Shown in pieces: positions 12,945 through 25,455 of a stretch of 64,000 nt of DNA (positions are counted from its first letter, which is position 1; the number at the start of each line of letters is the position of its first letter). The notes beneath the pieces were generated by a model that made no database searches, was not told the DNA's origin, and worked only from the letters and a program-made list of their open reading frames with translations. The DNA is taken from contig NC_068993.1 of NCBI RefSeq assembly GCF_001194135.2, forward strand, positions 20,826,551 through 20,890,550, in the 5' to 3' direction. The position numbers and the translations under genes were made by a program. Source of the DNA: Octopus bimaculoides. Taxonomy: Eukaryota.

Positions 12945-13455
12945 CTCTCTTTATTCTTTACTCTTTTACTTGTTTCAGTCATTTGATTGCAGCCATGCTG
13001 GAGCACCAGCTTTAGTCGAGCAAATCGACCCAGGGACTCATTCTTTGTAAGCCTAATACTTATTCTATCGGTCTCTTTTGCCGAACCGCTAAGTGACGGG
13101 GACATAAACACACCAGCATAGGTTGTCAAGCAATGCTAGTGGGACAAACACAGACACACAAACACACACACACACACACACACACACANNNNNNNNNNNN
13201 NNNNNNNNNNNNNNNNNNNNNNNNNNNNNNNNNNNNNNNNNNNNNNNNNNNNNNNNNNNNNNNNNNNNNNNNNNNNNNNNATATATATATATATATACAT
13301 ATATCCGACGGGCTTCTTTCAGTTTCCGTCTACGAAATCCACTCTCAAGGCTTCGGTCGACCCGCGGCTATAGTACAAGACACACTTGCCCAAGATGTCA
13401 CGCAGGGAGACTGAACCTGGAACCATGTGGTTGGTAAGCAAGCTACTTACCACAT
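12945..13455 (-). mobile_element. SINE family A, full length
   Basis: tttactcttttacttgtttcagtcatttga...gaacctggaaccatgtggttggtaagcaagctacttaccac; internal microsatellite and gap. Confidence 0.9.
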
Positions 13456-13794
13456 TTATTTGCATATTTATTGGCAGTTGCTAGGTCATCGTGAAAGGTG
13501 ACGGACGAACTGTCAAAAATTAAAATATCTTTGCGTTGCTCTTCGATTCCATCACTGAAAACGCAAAAATTAAACAAACACGCACAAAAGACTATGCAAA
13601 AGCCATTAACTGGTTAATAGTCCACAAATTCATTAAACCTGAAACATTTTTACAAAAGATCCGAGGTGCACAAGGAACACCCCTATACCCACATCATGCC
13701 AACCCATGGTTTTAGGGGCATACAATCATCTCATCTTCATGTTAATTAAGACAATACTTTGATAATATTGTGACTGACAAGACAAGCGATGCTG

Positions 13795-14230
13795 TTGTTA
13801 TTTAGTTATAAGTCAGTCCTTATTTATCAGACACGTGGTCACAACTACCCCATGTTTTATTCAGTACATTATAAGTATATCTACGACTATGTTACTCAAA
13901 TCATACGCATTTTAATATAGAATGTGATTTGAAGATTTGGCTGCTATTTCTAACAGGCAGTGTAACCACTTTGAGTCTCTTTTGCTGATTTGCAAGACAC
14001 TGGATGCTGTTATTGCTGTTGTTGTTGATGTTATTGCTATTGAGCCCCAGGGCAATCCTGACCGAACAGGCCTGTGATCAAAACAAGCATTTCTCTGGTG
14101 GTTATCATCTCTTTCTAGGAGTATCTACGACAACAATAATCTAATTCCTTATTTGAAACAACTGAGTGAGATTTAAGTGAGATTTTGACTGATATTTCTA
14201 GCAGATCGAGCGACAACGTGAATCTTCCTC
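13795..14230 (+). repeat. Two tandem copies of an old interspersed repeat (family D); relatives at ~21940-22130 (-) and ~46120-46330 (-)
   Basis: Shared ends gtgatttg...gctgctatttcta(a/g)cagg / gtgagattttgactgatatttctagcagatcgagcgac and a gtatctacgac block. Confidence 0.5.
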
Positions 14231-16283
14231 ATTGGCACTTTTGGCAGACATGGTGACAACTTCGGACTTGTTTCGTTAAAATTAGGCTGCCTTAACTAAT
14301 TGTTACTGCACTGAATTGTTCCGAAATGGGAAGCATTCTGGACATGTTTCGGCCTTATAAGCCCTACTCAGTGGAGGATAATCGTTCGCGTGATATCATG
14401 AGGTGCCAGATGTTGGTGATGCCAGTGCTTATGATGATGATGATGATGAAGTTTTTTAATGACGATGCTTAGTGTAATGAGAAGAGAGAACAAGTGAAAT
14501 TTATATTCTGTAGATTTATCACGTAATATATCTAAATCAAAAACCTTTTTGCAAGTAGGGGAGTGAAAAAACATAACGGTTTGTTGTTCAGCAGCAAATT
14601 ACTTCATTGTATGGGGCAGGTACATTCGCACCAAGCTGACAGACATGATTTATTCTGCTAAATCTACGACAATTCTGAATCCAACATAGCATGTGTGTCT
14701 GTGTTTGTGTTCATATATATCTGTTAATGTGTGTGTTTATGTGCGTGTTCGTGTGTATTTGCGTGTATGTGTGTGCGTATGTATGCCTGTACGTGTGTAG
14801 TCTGTTGGCGCTTGTATGTATGTGCATGTGTTTGTATGTAGTGTGTATGTTGTATGTGTGAGAGGTAAATAGGTGGGTGTATATATTACATGTTGACTAA
14901 TGTCTTTAGTCAAGGTTAAAATAAATGGATAATGATAATTACAAACGGATGAATAAATCAGGCAATTAAATTTAGGACACGTGTGATGCACACAATTTCA
15001 TTATTGTTAGTAAATGGAAGGCGATGACAGAAACAATCTTCTTCAAGTGGTTACAAACAAGATGCATTTACAGCGCTGCGCCAAAAATCTGTCCCCACAT
15101 TAGCTTTGTTAGCTCCTCAGTTTTATGTTGTGTGTCTTCACAATTATGTCGTAATTAGTTCTGTCCTCTGTTAGGGTGTGGAATTCGCCAAAATATAAAC
15201 ATCTAGTATATCCTGTTGTGCACCACGATGCCAGTATCCAGCAAATCCCACACTGCGTTGAGCAGTAACAGTTGAGATGAGTTTAATGTGTCCATAACTC
15301 GCGTCATTGGTTTTGTGCTCAACTTATCATACGCATGTATATATATAGTCAAGGATATTTTGAAACTCTTTCATAGTCCAGGACCGCTAAAAGAACATCA
15401 GATTGAATGCTTTTCACCATTTAATTACGTCCATTTACGTTATGAGTTCCGATTCCGTTCAAATATTCTTTACATTGCATTTTTTGTCACTATGAAATAA
15501 ATAAGTGCTAGTCATTTACTGTAGTGTCTCTAAGCGATAGCATTGTACGACTAGCCAAGTCTGCACGTCATAGTTTTGATTCTCGTTTTTGACAGATATC
15601 AGCAAGGATCAGCTAACAGCTTGTCAGCTGAAGCTATAAACAAAAGCTTCGAATCTTGTTAGATTCATTAATCCGGGTGTCTCTAGCTGACGAGACACAA
15701 CGACGTTGAAATACAGGATGTCCAATATTCAGTTGTAGTAATGCATTGCGTGTGTTACAGACACGTATTCATCGTAAAGGTGAAGCTGTTCTCCTGTGAC
15801 GAAACACAGCAGCGATTTGCATATTTACGATGAAATCTGCCGGAAAGTATTAAGAATAAATATGTAAGTCATCGTTTTGATTCTGAACGTTTTCTGTGCA
15901 TATGATATTTTAGAAGTGTCTGTAGTTAATTTTGTTTATGTTCTGACTTTAAATCCTACCAACATTGAACTTGCCTATTACCATGATATAGTTGATATAG
16001 TAAGTGAGCAGAGATGTACTGATGGTAATTACTTTGGTAATTACTTTGATTACCTCTCCTCCAGTCTAAAAGTCTGATTTTGTACCAAATCTTAGAAACC
16101 ATTAAGGTGAAACTGAAACACAAGGATTAAGACGACGTTAAATTGGTAAGTCGTTGTATGATTGTTTCGCCACACGTAATCTCTGATCTAGGATTAACGT
16201 TATCATTTTCTTTCATGCATAAAAATAGTGTTTTGTTAATAGAAGAATAAATTATTAGATAAATTTAATAAATAGTTAATAAA

Positions 16284-16360
16284 TATTCACGTTAAGAAAG
16301 ACTAGATTTTAATAGCCAAATTTATTGGTTACTAAAATCTAGTTTTTCTTAACGTAAATA
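16284..16360. repeat. 77-nt near-perfect hairpin (36-bp arms, 4 transitions, 5-nt loop)
   Basis: TATTCACGTTAAGAAAGACTAGATTTTAATAGCCAA versus reverse complement TATTTACGTTAAGAAAAACTAGATTTTAGTAACCAA. Confidence 0.8.
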
Positions 16361-16969
16361 TATTAATGTCATGAAAGACTAGATGTTTGGATTGTCGTGT
16401 TCCGCACACCTAGTCAGCTATCAATGATGTCTATTAACTTTCACCAACCTCTCTTTTACTATGGTTGATTCACCGTCGCCTTCGACGATGAGCATTCAAT
16501 TATTCAACCAGTTGCATTCTTACTCATGAAACTAATGTCAGCGGCAGAGTATTCCAGACATGTGTTCTATAAACGGAATTGTCAGACCGAATCACTATGA
16601 AACAATGTAGGAAAAAGAACCAATGGACCTTTGAATTACAGTTACAATCTAGAGAGAAAGGGAGAGGGAGGGAGAGACTGAAAGAGACCTCACTACGGGA
16701 CTGAAACTTTATTTATCAACCATGAAAGGATGGAAGACAAGGCCCACATCAGCAGTCAGAGTGCAGGGAACTGGAATAGATACAGAGAAACATTCAAGCC
16801 AACGCTGTAACAATTCTATAATTTCGCGCCTTGTCTTTTGATGTATGGAAGTCTATATTTCCCAATGTATCTTTTTTTGTTTCCGACAGTAGGAAGCGAT
16901 TCGGATGCTATTTCTTGCGGACAGTATTACTGTTTAAATGGTCTCTTCGTAATTCGATATAGTCATGAC

Positions 16970-17036
16970 TGCATGGTTAAGAAGTTCGCTTTGTAACCAC
17001 ATGAGAGAATTTGGTAGACGAAAACGGTGAGGAAAG

Positions 17037-17088
<52 letters not shown>

Positions 17089-17250
17089 TCCCCAGACAAG
17101 TATTCTTGTTTCTTTAACATTCCAATAGTATAGCATTTCGACGAAAGAGGGTAATAGAATAAGCACCTGATTTGAAAATGTGGGGTCGATTTGTTTCGAC
17201 TACATTCTTGAAGGTGGTACCACAGCCTGGACGCAGTCCAGTGACCGAAA
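16970..17250 (+). mobile_element. SINE family A, internally deleted
   Basis: gcatggttaagaagttcgcttt...gaatttggtagacg, (GT)n, ggggtcgatttgtttcgact...gtggtaccacagc. Confidence 0.7.
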
Positions 17251-17716
17251 TGAATTAAAGATAAAAGGAAGCTAGAGATGTAATAGGCTACACTAGTATT
17301 TGTGGTGTGGTTAATTTTTATGTCAAGAGAAATTAACATTGTCTTGTTACTTATATTACTTATATTCATTACTTCAAGCGATTCCACTAAATTTACTAAT
17401 ATATTATAAAGAATCTGTGGTTATGAAGTCAAGACCGTTGGACTATAATTTTCCAGTATTTTACAGCCATAGCTGTCTTGTAAATATGTTCAGTCTGTTA
17501 TTATTTTCTTGAAAACGAGTTTATTTGACATAAATAAATACTTTATTTTTTAGACTGACACTATATTAATGCAGTTCATAAAATAAACATCACAGGTTTT
17601 GCATTCTCTTCAAATAGTTTGTATATATTACATACATGTTTTTAAATAATGGCTTCATTTCTGATAACTTCCATGAGACTTTTATTATGCATTCAAATAT
17701 CAAAACGTGAATCATT

Positions 17717-17719
<3 letters not shown>

Positions 17720-17774
<55 letters not shown>

Positions 17775-17899
17775 GGAGAAAGAGAGAGAGACGGAGAAAG
17801 AGAGAGAGAGAACATGAGATGGAAATTTCCATTTTCATTTTCATAGGGACTAACAATAATAATAATAATTATAGCAACAACAACAACAACAACAACAAC

Positions 17900-17949
<50 letters not shown>

Positions 17950-17975
17950 TGATGATGATGATGATAATAATAATG

Positions 17976-18020
<45 letters not shown>
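17720..18020. repeat. Compound (GA)n and (AAT/AAC/GAT)n microsatellites
   Basis: Direct reading; explains the poly-N/D/I ORFs in the track. Confidence 0.95.
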
Positions 18021-18021
<1 letters not shown>

Positions 18022-18029
18022 TAATAATA

Positions 18030-18806
18030 ATGGTCTCCAATTTTAGCACAAGGCCAGCAATTTTAGGAGCGGGAGATGGTCGACCTCGAAAGTCTTTCAG
18101 CTCGCTGTCATAGGGACCAGGAACAAAAAAAAAAAAAATCATTGTAATTTTGATACAAAGCCAGGAATTTTTAGAGGGGGGGGGGTAAAGCTGATTAGAC
18201 AGACCCTAGTATTGAACTGGTATTTACTTTATCGAATCGGAAAGGATGAACAACAAAGTCGACCTCGGCGAAATTTTAGCTTAGAACGTAAAGTGCCGGA
18301 AAAGTAGCACCTAGCTTTTGTACGATGCACTAACGATTCTACCAGCATGCCGCCTGATGGATTAATGATAATAATAATTCTCCACTGTCTTTTGCCTATG
18401 ACCCCTTTGATTCTTGTTTTACTTGGATCGACCCTCATAGGCTGTAAATGTTTTAAAATGTTTATATTTTATAATGAAATGTTATTAGGAATTTTATAAA
18501 AGAATTGTAAAAATATTTTATGTATTGTAGACGCCTAAGTAATTTAATGCACATAAATTTTAATGTCAAAATCTTATATGGATCCCAGTTCAGAAACACT
18601 GTACTATAAGCCCATGGCCTAAAAATTTGGGGTCGGGCTAGTCGATTACATCGACGCTATGCTCAACTGGTACTTAGCTCATTGACCCCATAAGGGTGAA
18701 AGGCAAATTGAACATCGGTGGCATTGAAACCCATAGCGTAAAAACGAACGAAATGCCCCTTAGCAAATTGTCCGGCGTGCTAACGATTCTGCCAGCTAGC
18801 TGCCTT
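18030..18806 (-). mobile_element. Cluster of SINE family B copies (18030-18125, 18170-18358, 18608-18806)
   Basis: Reverse heads ending ctaacgattct(a/g)ccagc; gtcgacctcggcgaaatt; gtcgattacatcgac. Confidence 0.8.
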
Positions 18807-18821
18807 AATAACAACAACAAC

Positions 18822-18883
<62 letters not shown>

Positions 18884-18885
<2 letters not shown>

Positions 18886-19417
18886 GCCCGGATGCAGTAC
18901 CAGGCAGTGGCTCTCATGGCTTCTGATCTTAACTGATTGGAAGTGTTATCATGTACGTTGTTTTGTCTTGGTATAAAAGATGGGCTACAGCAAATATTCT
19001 GCTTAATACCGCAGATTTGCTTTGTCAGTTGTTTGACCTTAACCAGTGGCTGACGATATGTGCATCTCTATTCGTGAGCAGAAGTAGTAGGGGAGCATCA
19101 TAGCCATGTGTTGAGAGGAGTTCTTTGGGGTTTGAATAATTCATCTTTGGAAACATGGGTGTTTTGTTCAACATCCTTAAACAAACCTTATTCAAGGACC
19201 TTTTGAGCGGGATGGGCTACTCGACCTGAAAAAAATGCTAACTGGGCCCCACCTGCGAGGTCATGCACTGTTTATCTTGATATGAGATCATTATGTCGCG
19301 CGCATATGGTCGTGATGCATGTGCCTAGTATACCCTTATCAGACGCATGATGGGTATAATGGACTTCGTCTATTTTACCCCAGTGTCACTTTGATGGCAT
19401 GCACTGCTCTCTCACTC
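18884..19417. mobile_element. Unclassified 534-bp interspersed element inserted in (AAT)n
   Basis: Flanked by (AAT/AAC)n at 18807-18883 and (AAT)n at 19418-19479; an internal fragment recurs at ~41475-41625 (gcaaatattctgctt...ggggagcatcatagccatgtg...ttctttggggtttgaataa). Confidence 0.7.
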
Positions 19418-19480
<63 letters not shown>

Positions 19481-19730
19481 CAAAAAAATATGTTGAAAAG
19501 TGTCAGTAGGCGCTAATCTTATCCATTCTAGTTGACTTCAACAAAAAAGATGTTTCCTAGTTTTCTGGAATTTGGCTGATTGCTAAGAAGCCAAATTTGC
19601 CACACACTGAAGGTACTAAACAAGCAGAAAGTAAAGTAGTTGAACTGTCATATTATGGACTGAGTATAAACACTGTTGCCGAGTTTGTCTTGAGCTGCTT
19701 CGCAAAATTTAATATTTCATTTCTTATTTA

Positions 19731-19956
19731 TGGTGAAGGCTCATGATATGGTGGTTAGAGTGTTGCACTCATAACCTCAAGACTGTGATTTCGATTCCCT
19801 GGCTGGGTGGCTTGTCCTTTTCTTGACCAAAACACTTCGTTTCACGTTGCACTAGTTCACTCAGCTGTAAATGAGTCGTTTTGTAACAGACTGGTGTCCC
19901 GTTCACTGAGTATGTTGTGATCTCAGTTACTTATTAGTCATGTAAACCGGGCAACC
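19731..19956 (+). mobile_element. tRNA-headed SINE family C: CORE-like middle plus Meta/V-like tail
   Basis: gtggttagagtgttgcactc...tttcgattccc; ttcttgaccaaaacactt..tttcacgttgc; gactggtgtcccgttca...aaaccgggcaaccgg. Confidence 0.65.
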
Positions 19957-20027
19957 GGTCACAACTCAGTAATCTCTGGGTATTTATTTACTCAGTTTTG
20001 TGGAAATGAAACTATACCATTGGCATA

Positions 20028-20200
20028 GGCATGGCTTGGTGGTTGAAAAGTCCGCTATCTAAATACGTGGTTTCGGGTTCAGTTCTACTGCATTGCACTG
20101 AGGATGTCTTCTGCTATAGCCCAGGGCTGAGTAAAAACCTTGTGAGTGGATTTGGTAGACGGAAACTGAAAGAAGCCCGTCATATATATACATACATATG
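20028..20200 (+). mobile_element. SINE family A, 5' half
   Basis: ggcatggcttggtggtt...ggttcagttctactgc...ccttgtgagtggatttggtagacggaaactgaaagaagcccgtc. Confidence 0.8.
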
Positions 20201-20678
20201 TGTGAATGTGTGTGAGTATGAGCGTGCGCGCGCGTTTGAGTTCATATTTTCCTGCGTTCACTGACTGCTTCCTGGTGATGACATTTGCTTGCAGTCCACC
20301 AGGTTGTTTTGCGCTGTTCGATGGACTGAGAAATTACCAACTCCCTTGGAAACAAGTGGAGTTGGCAACAAGAAGAAAATGTGCTCGCAAAAAAAAAAGA
20401 AAAAAAAAAAAACTCTGCCCCAAGCACACTCGTCTGACCCATGCAAGTATAAAACAGACATTTAAAATAGACATTAAAACGATGACGATGGTAGACACAC
20501 ATGTGTATATGTATCTGTGGCTGAGTATGGAAGAACAAGGAGACAGAAGACAAAGGTCACACATTCTAGAGTAGTAAATAACCGACTGAATAACGAAGGA
20601 GCTTTGGTCATTTGAACTAAAGGAGATAGAAGCCAAATTTTCCTCATATGATGCCCTACAAAAATACACAAAATATTG

Positions 20679-21258
20679 GGATCTATTTTAAAACGGGGGC
20701 CACATTTTTCATTAATGTTTTACGTAGTGTTTTTGGTACGGAAAGACTTTCAAACTTCGTATACTTATCTATTTTGTGTTATAGAACAGAAAAATATTTT
20801 TGTATTCGAATTTATTTCATGTAAAAAATTGTCTTATTTCGATAATTTCAACCAATCACTGACAAGTATTCAGTTGTTTATATTTACTCCTTTGGCTGAT
20901 TAAGCGATGTAAAGCGTATTTAATCTCCATACCTTCGTTTTATTTGCTTTTTTCATTTTAAATTTGCTTTAACCCTAACCCTAACCCTAACCCTAGGGTT
21001 AGGGTTAGGGTTAGGGTTAATTGTTTCAGAATCGTTTGTTTATGTAGTCGGCACTTAATGTATATCGGCTGAATGGACGTCAGTGATTGGTTGAAATTAC
21101 AGAAATACGACAACTTTCACATGGAATAACTTATGGATTTCTTTTTTTTTTAAGAAGACTAAGAGAAAAAGATGTTTTATATGACACATTCTACCAGTGT
21201 TCCAAGTTTCAAAGTGTTTCGTTAATGAAAAATGTGGCCCCCGTTTTAAAAAAGATCC
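20679..21258. mobile_element. Non-autonomous DNA transposon, GG-terminated TIRs and 8-bp TSD (Merlin-like), with central telomeric palindrome
   Basis: TSD AAATATTG at 20671-20678 and 21259-21266; TIR GGATCT(A/T)TTTTAAAACGGGGGCCACATTTTTCATTAA; inner 20-bp inverted repeat aatttcaaccaatcactgac. Confidence 0.8.
20969..21020. repeat. Perfect 52-bp palindrome TT(AACCCT)4(AGGGTT)4AA
   Basis: Read directly; self-reverse-complementary and centred on CCTAGG. Confidence 0.95.
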
Positions 21259-21734
21259 AAATATTGTAATTTTAGATATAAACAAAGAAGAAAATTTCGC
21301 GGTTGGGACGCCATTAATCGTAAGCTTTCTTAATCAAAGTTAAATGTAGGCTAAACAACACCAGCAGCTCGTATTTATTTCATAGGTGTATGAGGAAGAA
21401 GAACAGAGTTGTCTCCGTTGGGATTTCAGCACGAAAGCACATAGCTAAATGCTTCACATTTATCTGGTATTCTATCGAACTAAGTGTTTCTAATTTAGCC
21501 ACAAGACCAGACAGATTTATGGGGAGGACGTTAGTGGATTACATTGCTCCAGTACTTGACTGGTTTTCTATTTCATCGATCTTGGAGGGATGGCTGTTCA
21601 TGGGATTCGAACTCAAAACGTAGAGACCCGGAATACATAACACAAGCGTTTTGAACAACACTAACTACATTCCGTTAATCTTGTGCACTAACCGATCCAT
21701 GTAATAATCTCTATCTAGTTGGTCGACCTGAAAA

Positions 21735-21935
21735 TATTGGTTTCAAATTTTGGCACAATGCTAGCAAAATCAGGGTAAGGGGTAAGTCGATTACATCGAC
21801 CCCAGTACTCAATTGGTACTTATTTTATCGACCCCGAAATAATGAAAGGCGAAATTTGACCTCAGAACCGAAAGACGGACGAAATGTTGCTAACCATTTT
21901 GCCCGGCATGCTAACGATTCTGCCAGCTCACCACC
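21735..21935 (-). mobile_element. SINE family B (a more decayed copy lies at ~21480-21660)
   Basis: aaattttggcacaa...gtcgattacatcgaccccagtact...ctaacgattctgccagctcacc. Confidence 0.85.
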
Positions 21936-23650
21936 TCTCGAACTGCAAATATTAACAACTAAATCTCTTTCGAATCATACATTCTATTGTCCTAAAAAGA
22001 GAAAAAGAAGTTCTGGATAATCTAGTCATAAATGAAGCGTAGCTTCAGAAAAGTAGGGATTGATGCGGTTGGAACGGTTTTGATCATAGTCTTCTAGATT
22101 AGGGAAAGATAGCCTTGTGTTATAAACCAACAAGAATAAAATTTCGGTGGGGGGGGGGAATAAGAAGAGGAGTTGGCCTGTTGCCCGGTTTCAATATCCT
22201 TGTGAAATCGATTCACAACACATGTCTCACATTAATACTGCTGTATGAAACATACACTTCTCACATTCTCTTTTTTACTCTCCTCTTTAGAAATCTAGGT
22301 TTTCTTGTCTATGAAAATGGCGTGATGCAAAAACAAACAAATGACAATATATAAAAAGAAGATGGTAAAACGAAAAAAAAAAGAAACGGTTGGAATATTT
22401 GTAAAAAATATTTTAAAATATTCAGATTTGTTTACTTTTAAGACAAAACAAACTAGCGCAATTTCTCTCTCTCTCTCTCCCCTACTCTCTCCCTCTCTCT
22501 CACACACATACATGCATGTTCGTACGTACTTATGTGCATCCTCACAATCTTGACACACACACTCACACACACACACACACACACACACGCTTACACTAGA
22601 GTGTACATAGATTTATGTACCTCCCATAAAGAGACCTCATGCTGAGAGTCTACGCGATTAACACACATACATTTGTGTATATGTATCTGCCTGCATCTGT
22701 ACACGAGAGGCCTCACGCACAGAGGCTGGGCGCGCATACACATACACGCACATATTTGTACGTACCTATGTGCATCCACTCACAAGAGACTGCGCTGCGC
22801 TCGCACACGCACACACACACAGAGGCATGCTCTCAACTTACACACGAATGTATGCTCATTTTTACGTGCATTCACACTCACGGGGCCTTACAAAGAGTGA
22901 AGAACGCACGCGCATACACATCTTAAATATTTTCCGTTCTTTTTTTACCCCTCATTTTGCTAACTCTGACAAAGTTGGAAGTCGGGCAGCTTTTCTTATA
23001 CATATTAAAATTCCTTGTACGCTTAACCAATCGTTGGCCTGAGTTTATACATTCCGTATCTAGAGTGGCTTTACAGACACAAGATCATTATACTTTAAAA
23101 CTGAACAATTACGGATTACAGCATAATATAAATGAAATATAGTGGTAACTGAAATAATAGAGTGCATTTTATACTAGTTTGGCTAGTGAATGTAGACATT
23201 ACTACATATATCATCGTTTACTATTGATTAATTGGTTTATCACTGATTAATTCGTTTATCACTGACTAATTGGTTCGCACAATTATGTAATATGTTCCGC
23301 TTATCACGAACTGATATGTAATAACACGGGTCAGTCAGCGATTAGTTAAAAATTCTGTCTGGCCTGCAAAAGCGCACCCAGAAACCATCCACAGTGCTCA
23401 GGACAACTTGGGTGTCTCGGAACGAAACCTATTTTCCCCATATGTTCTATCAGCCATTTATCACAGATTCATTGAACATGTCTTTTTTCTTCTTTTCTAA
23501 CCAAACTCCCGTGATAAACGATTGGCATAAAAATATTTTTTTATCGTAGTGTCTTATGGTCTTTTCTTTTTGTGCCCTTTTGTCCTTCAATTTTTCCTTT
23601 ACAACGTTTGTTTATGAGTTCTGAAATTTGAATAAATTATACATCTTTTC

Positions 23651-23968
23651 GTGAAGGTATAGTGGTTAGGGGTATTCACTAACTATCGTAAGGTCGCGAG
23701 TTCGATTCCCAGCGGGGCGTTTTGTCCTTGAGTAAGACATTTTGTTTTACGCTGCTCCAGTTCACTCAGCTGGCAAAAATGAGTAGTACCTGTATTTGAA
23801 ATGGCTAGCCATGTCATACTCTGTGTCACGCTGAATCTCCCTGAGAACTATGTTAAGGGTAAGCGTGTCTGTGGAGTGCTCAGCCACTTACACGTAAATT
23901 TCGCGAATATGTTGTTCCATTGATAGGATCAACTGGAGCCCTCGTCATCGTACGCGACGGAGTGCCAG
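23651..23968 (+). mobile_element. SINE family C: CORE-like middle plus tail X
   Basis: gtggttagggg...gttcgattccc; gtccttgagtaagaca...gctccagttcactcagctgg; tgtcacgctgaat...gtgtctgtggagtgctcagccactt...gacggagtgcca. Confidence 0.75.
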
Positions 23969-23992
23969 TTATACCTCTTTTTATATATATGA

Positions 23993-24640
23993 CGATAGAA
24001 TGCCAAGTGGGAAGAAGAAAAGAAGAAAAAAAAAGCAATTTTGATACCAACTTCACTCAAGCTTCCAATCAAGGTGCCAAAACTATCGAAGCTGTCTTAG
24101 ACAGTTGTGCTACGTATGGCGAAGACGCTTTAAGAAAAGTACTCCACAGAAATAAATTTTACTCTTTAAAGAAGGTAAATTCGATCTCACAGAGTCTCTG
24201 TGTTTCGACCAACCTGTTCAGATCGCTGAGCATCGATTGAACAAGCTCATCCATGATGATTCACGTCAATCCACTTGGGAATTTGCCTAGTGTAGGGGAT
24301 GCCCTCACGAAATCGTTGTCCGTCACCTTCACTCGATGAATTGGATTCAAAAGCTTGGTTCGACCAGACCGGTGACACGGCGCACTCCAGTACAACAATG
24401 CTAGCCCCATGTCCTTAATCTGCTATTGAAGAGCTCGGCTGGAAAGTTTTACCGCACCCATCGTATTTTCCTGGTGTAGCGTCTTCAATCGGTGAAACGT
24501 TTCGTTTAGCAACGACGTGGAGTTCTACACGTGACACTGAATTTTTCAAGTCAAGAACCAGTGATTTTCGTCAAGCTTGTAGAATGTTGGCAAGACCTCT
24601 TGAACAATGAAGATGAATATGTTAATATGTTATTGACTGA
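23993..24640 (+). pseudogene. Decayed, internally deleted mariner transposase (related to the 26.4-kb element)
   Basis: IECQV start, ASNQGAKTIEAV...YGED, LNKLIHDDSRQST, RHLHSMNWIQKLG, then AIEELGWKVLPHPSYFPGVASS (cf. WEVLPHPPYSPDLAPS). Confidence 0.75.
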
Positions 24641-25009
24641 TATATTAAAATTGTCGATGAAAAATAAGGATTAAAAAATTAAAAACCAAAAAAAAAAAGC
24701 GAATTTAGCTTATAACCTACTACTTATTTTTTTTCCTTCAAACTAAATAAATTATCCACCACGGCGTGGATAAAGACAGGACAGTGTAATTCCTGAAATA
24801 TTTTGTTATTTCTAGCAGTTCGATATATGAAATTTCAATTTCAATGAGTTCAGGACCGATATAGTGCTAAGCCTTGCAAATGTGTCTCTCACGTGCTGTT
24901 CAGCTAGATTCAAGAGAGCCTTGATGTTATGGGATCCTAGCGGTTACCTATGATATTATGCACCGATAGACCTACGGATCAATAACTATATCTTTTTTTC
25001 CCCCGGATA

Positions 25010-25455
25010 TACTCTTTTAACCAGTTACTTATTGGAATGCAGTCATACTGGAGCACCACCTTGTAGAGTTAGTCGAACAAATCCCACTACTTACTTCAAG
25101 TCTGAAATTTATTCTATTGGGATCTTTGCCGAACCGTTAAGTCACAGATACGTAAACAAACTAACACCAGTTGTCAAGCAGTCGAGGACAAGCACAAACA
25201 CGCACACACGCACATACACACACTCATTCATACACGCATGCACACACAACCACACAGTCACATATACACACATACATAGAATGAAAACACACACACACAC
25301 ATATATACTTGACGGGCTTCCACACAGTTTTCGTTGACCAACTTCTTAGACAAGGCATTGGTCGGACCGGGGGTTATGGCAGAAGACATGCGAGGGCACG
25401 TGCAGTGGGGCTGGGCCAAAACCACGGTGTTGCGAACAAAACGTCTTAACCACAC
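25010..25455 (-). mobile_element. SINE family A
   Basis: Reverse copy: gcagtcatactggagcacc...gacgggcttccacacagttt...acgtcttaaccacacc. Confidence 0.8.

Noticed and set aside
15686-15725. CTGACGA...GAAA...GTC hammerhead reading
   Set aside because: Stems I and III do not pair, and the local GTGTCTC/GAGACAC hairpin explains the sequence
16520-16600. Minus-strand exon-like segment encoding HVWNTLP
   Set aside because: Closed by a stop; at best a CR1/L2 3'-end scrap
20969-21020. Ancient telomere-telomere fusion site
   Set aside because: The polarity is opposite to a fusion, and the tract sits inside a TIR/TSD-bounded element
23222-23275. Short 19-bp tandem repeats (also a 32-bp pair near 27495 and a 20-bp pair at 56803)
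   Set aside because: Contiguous slippage duplications without spacers; not CRISPR-like and not informative
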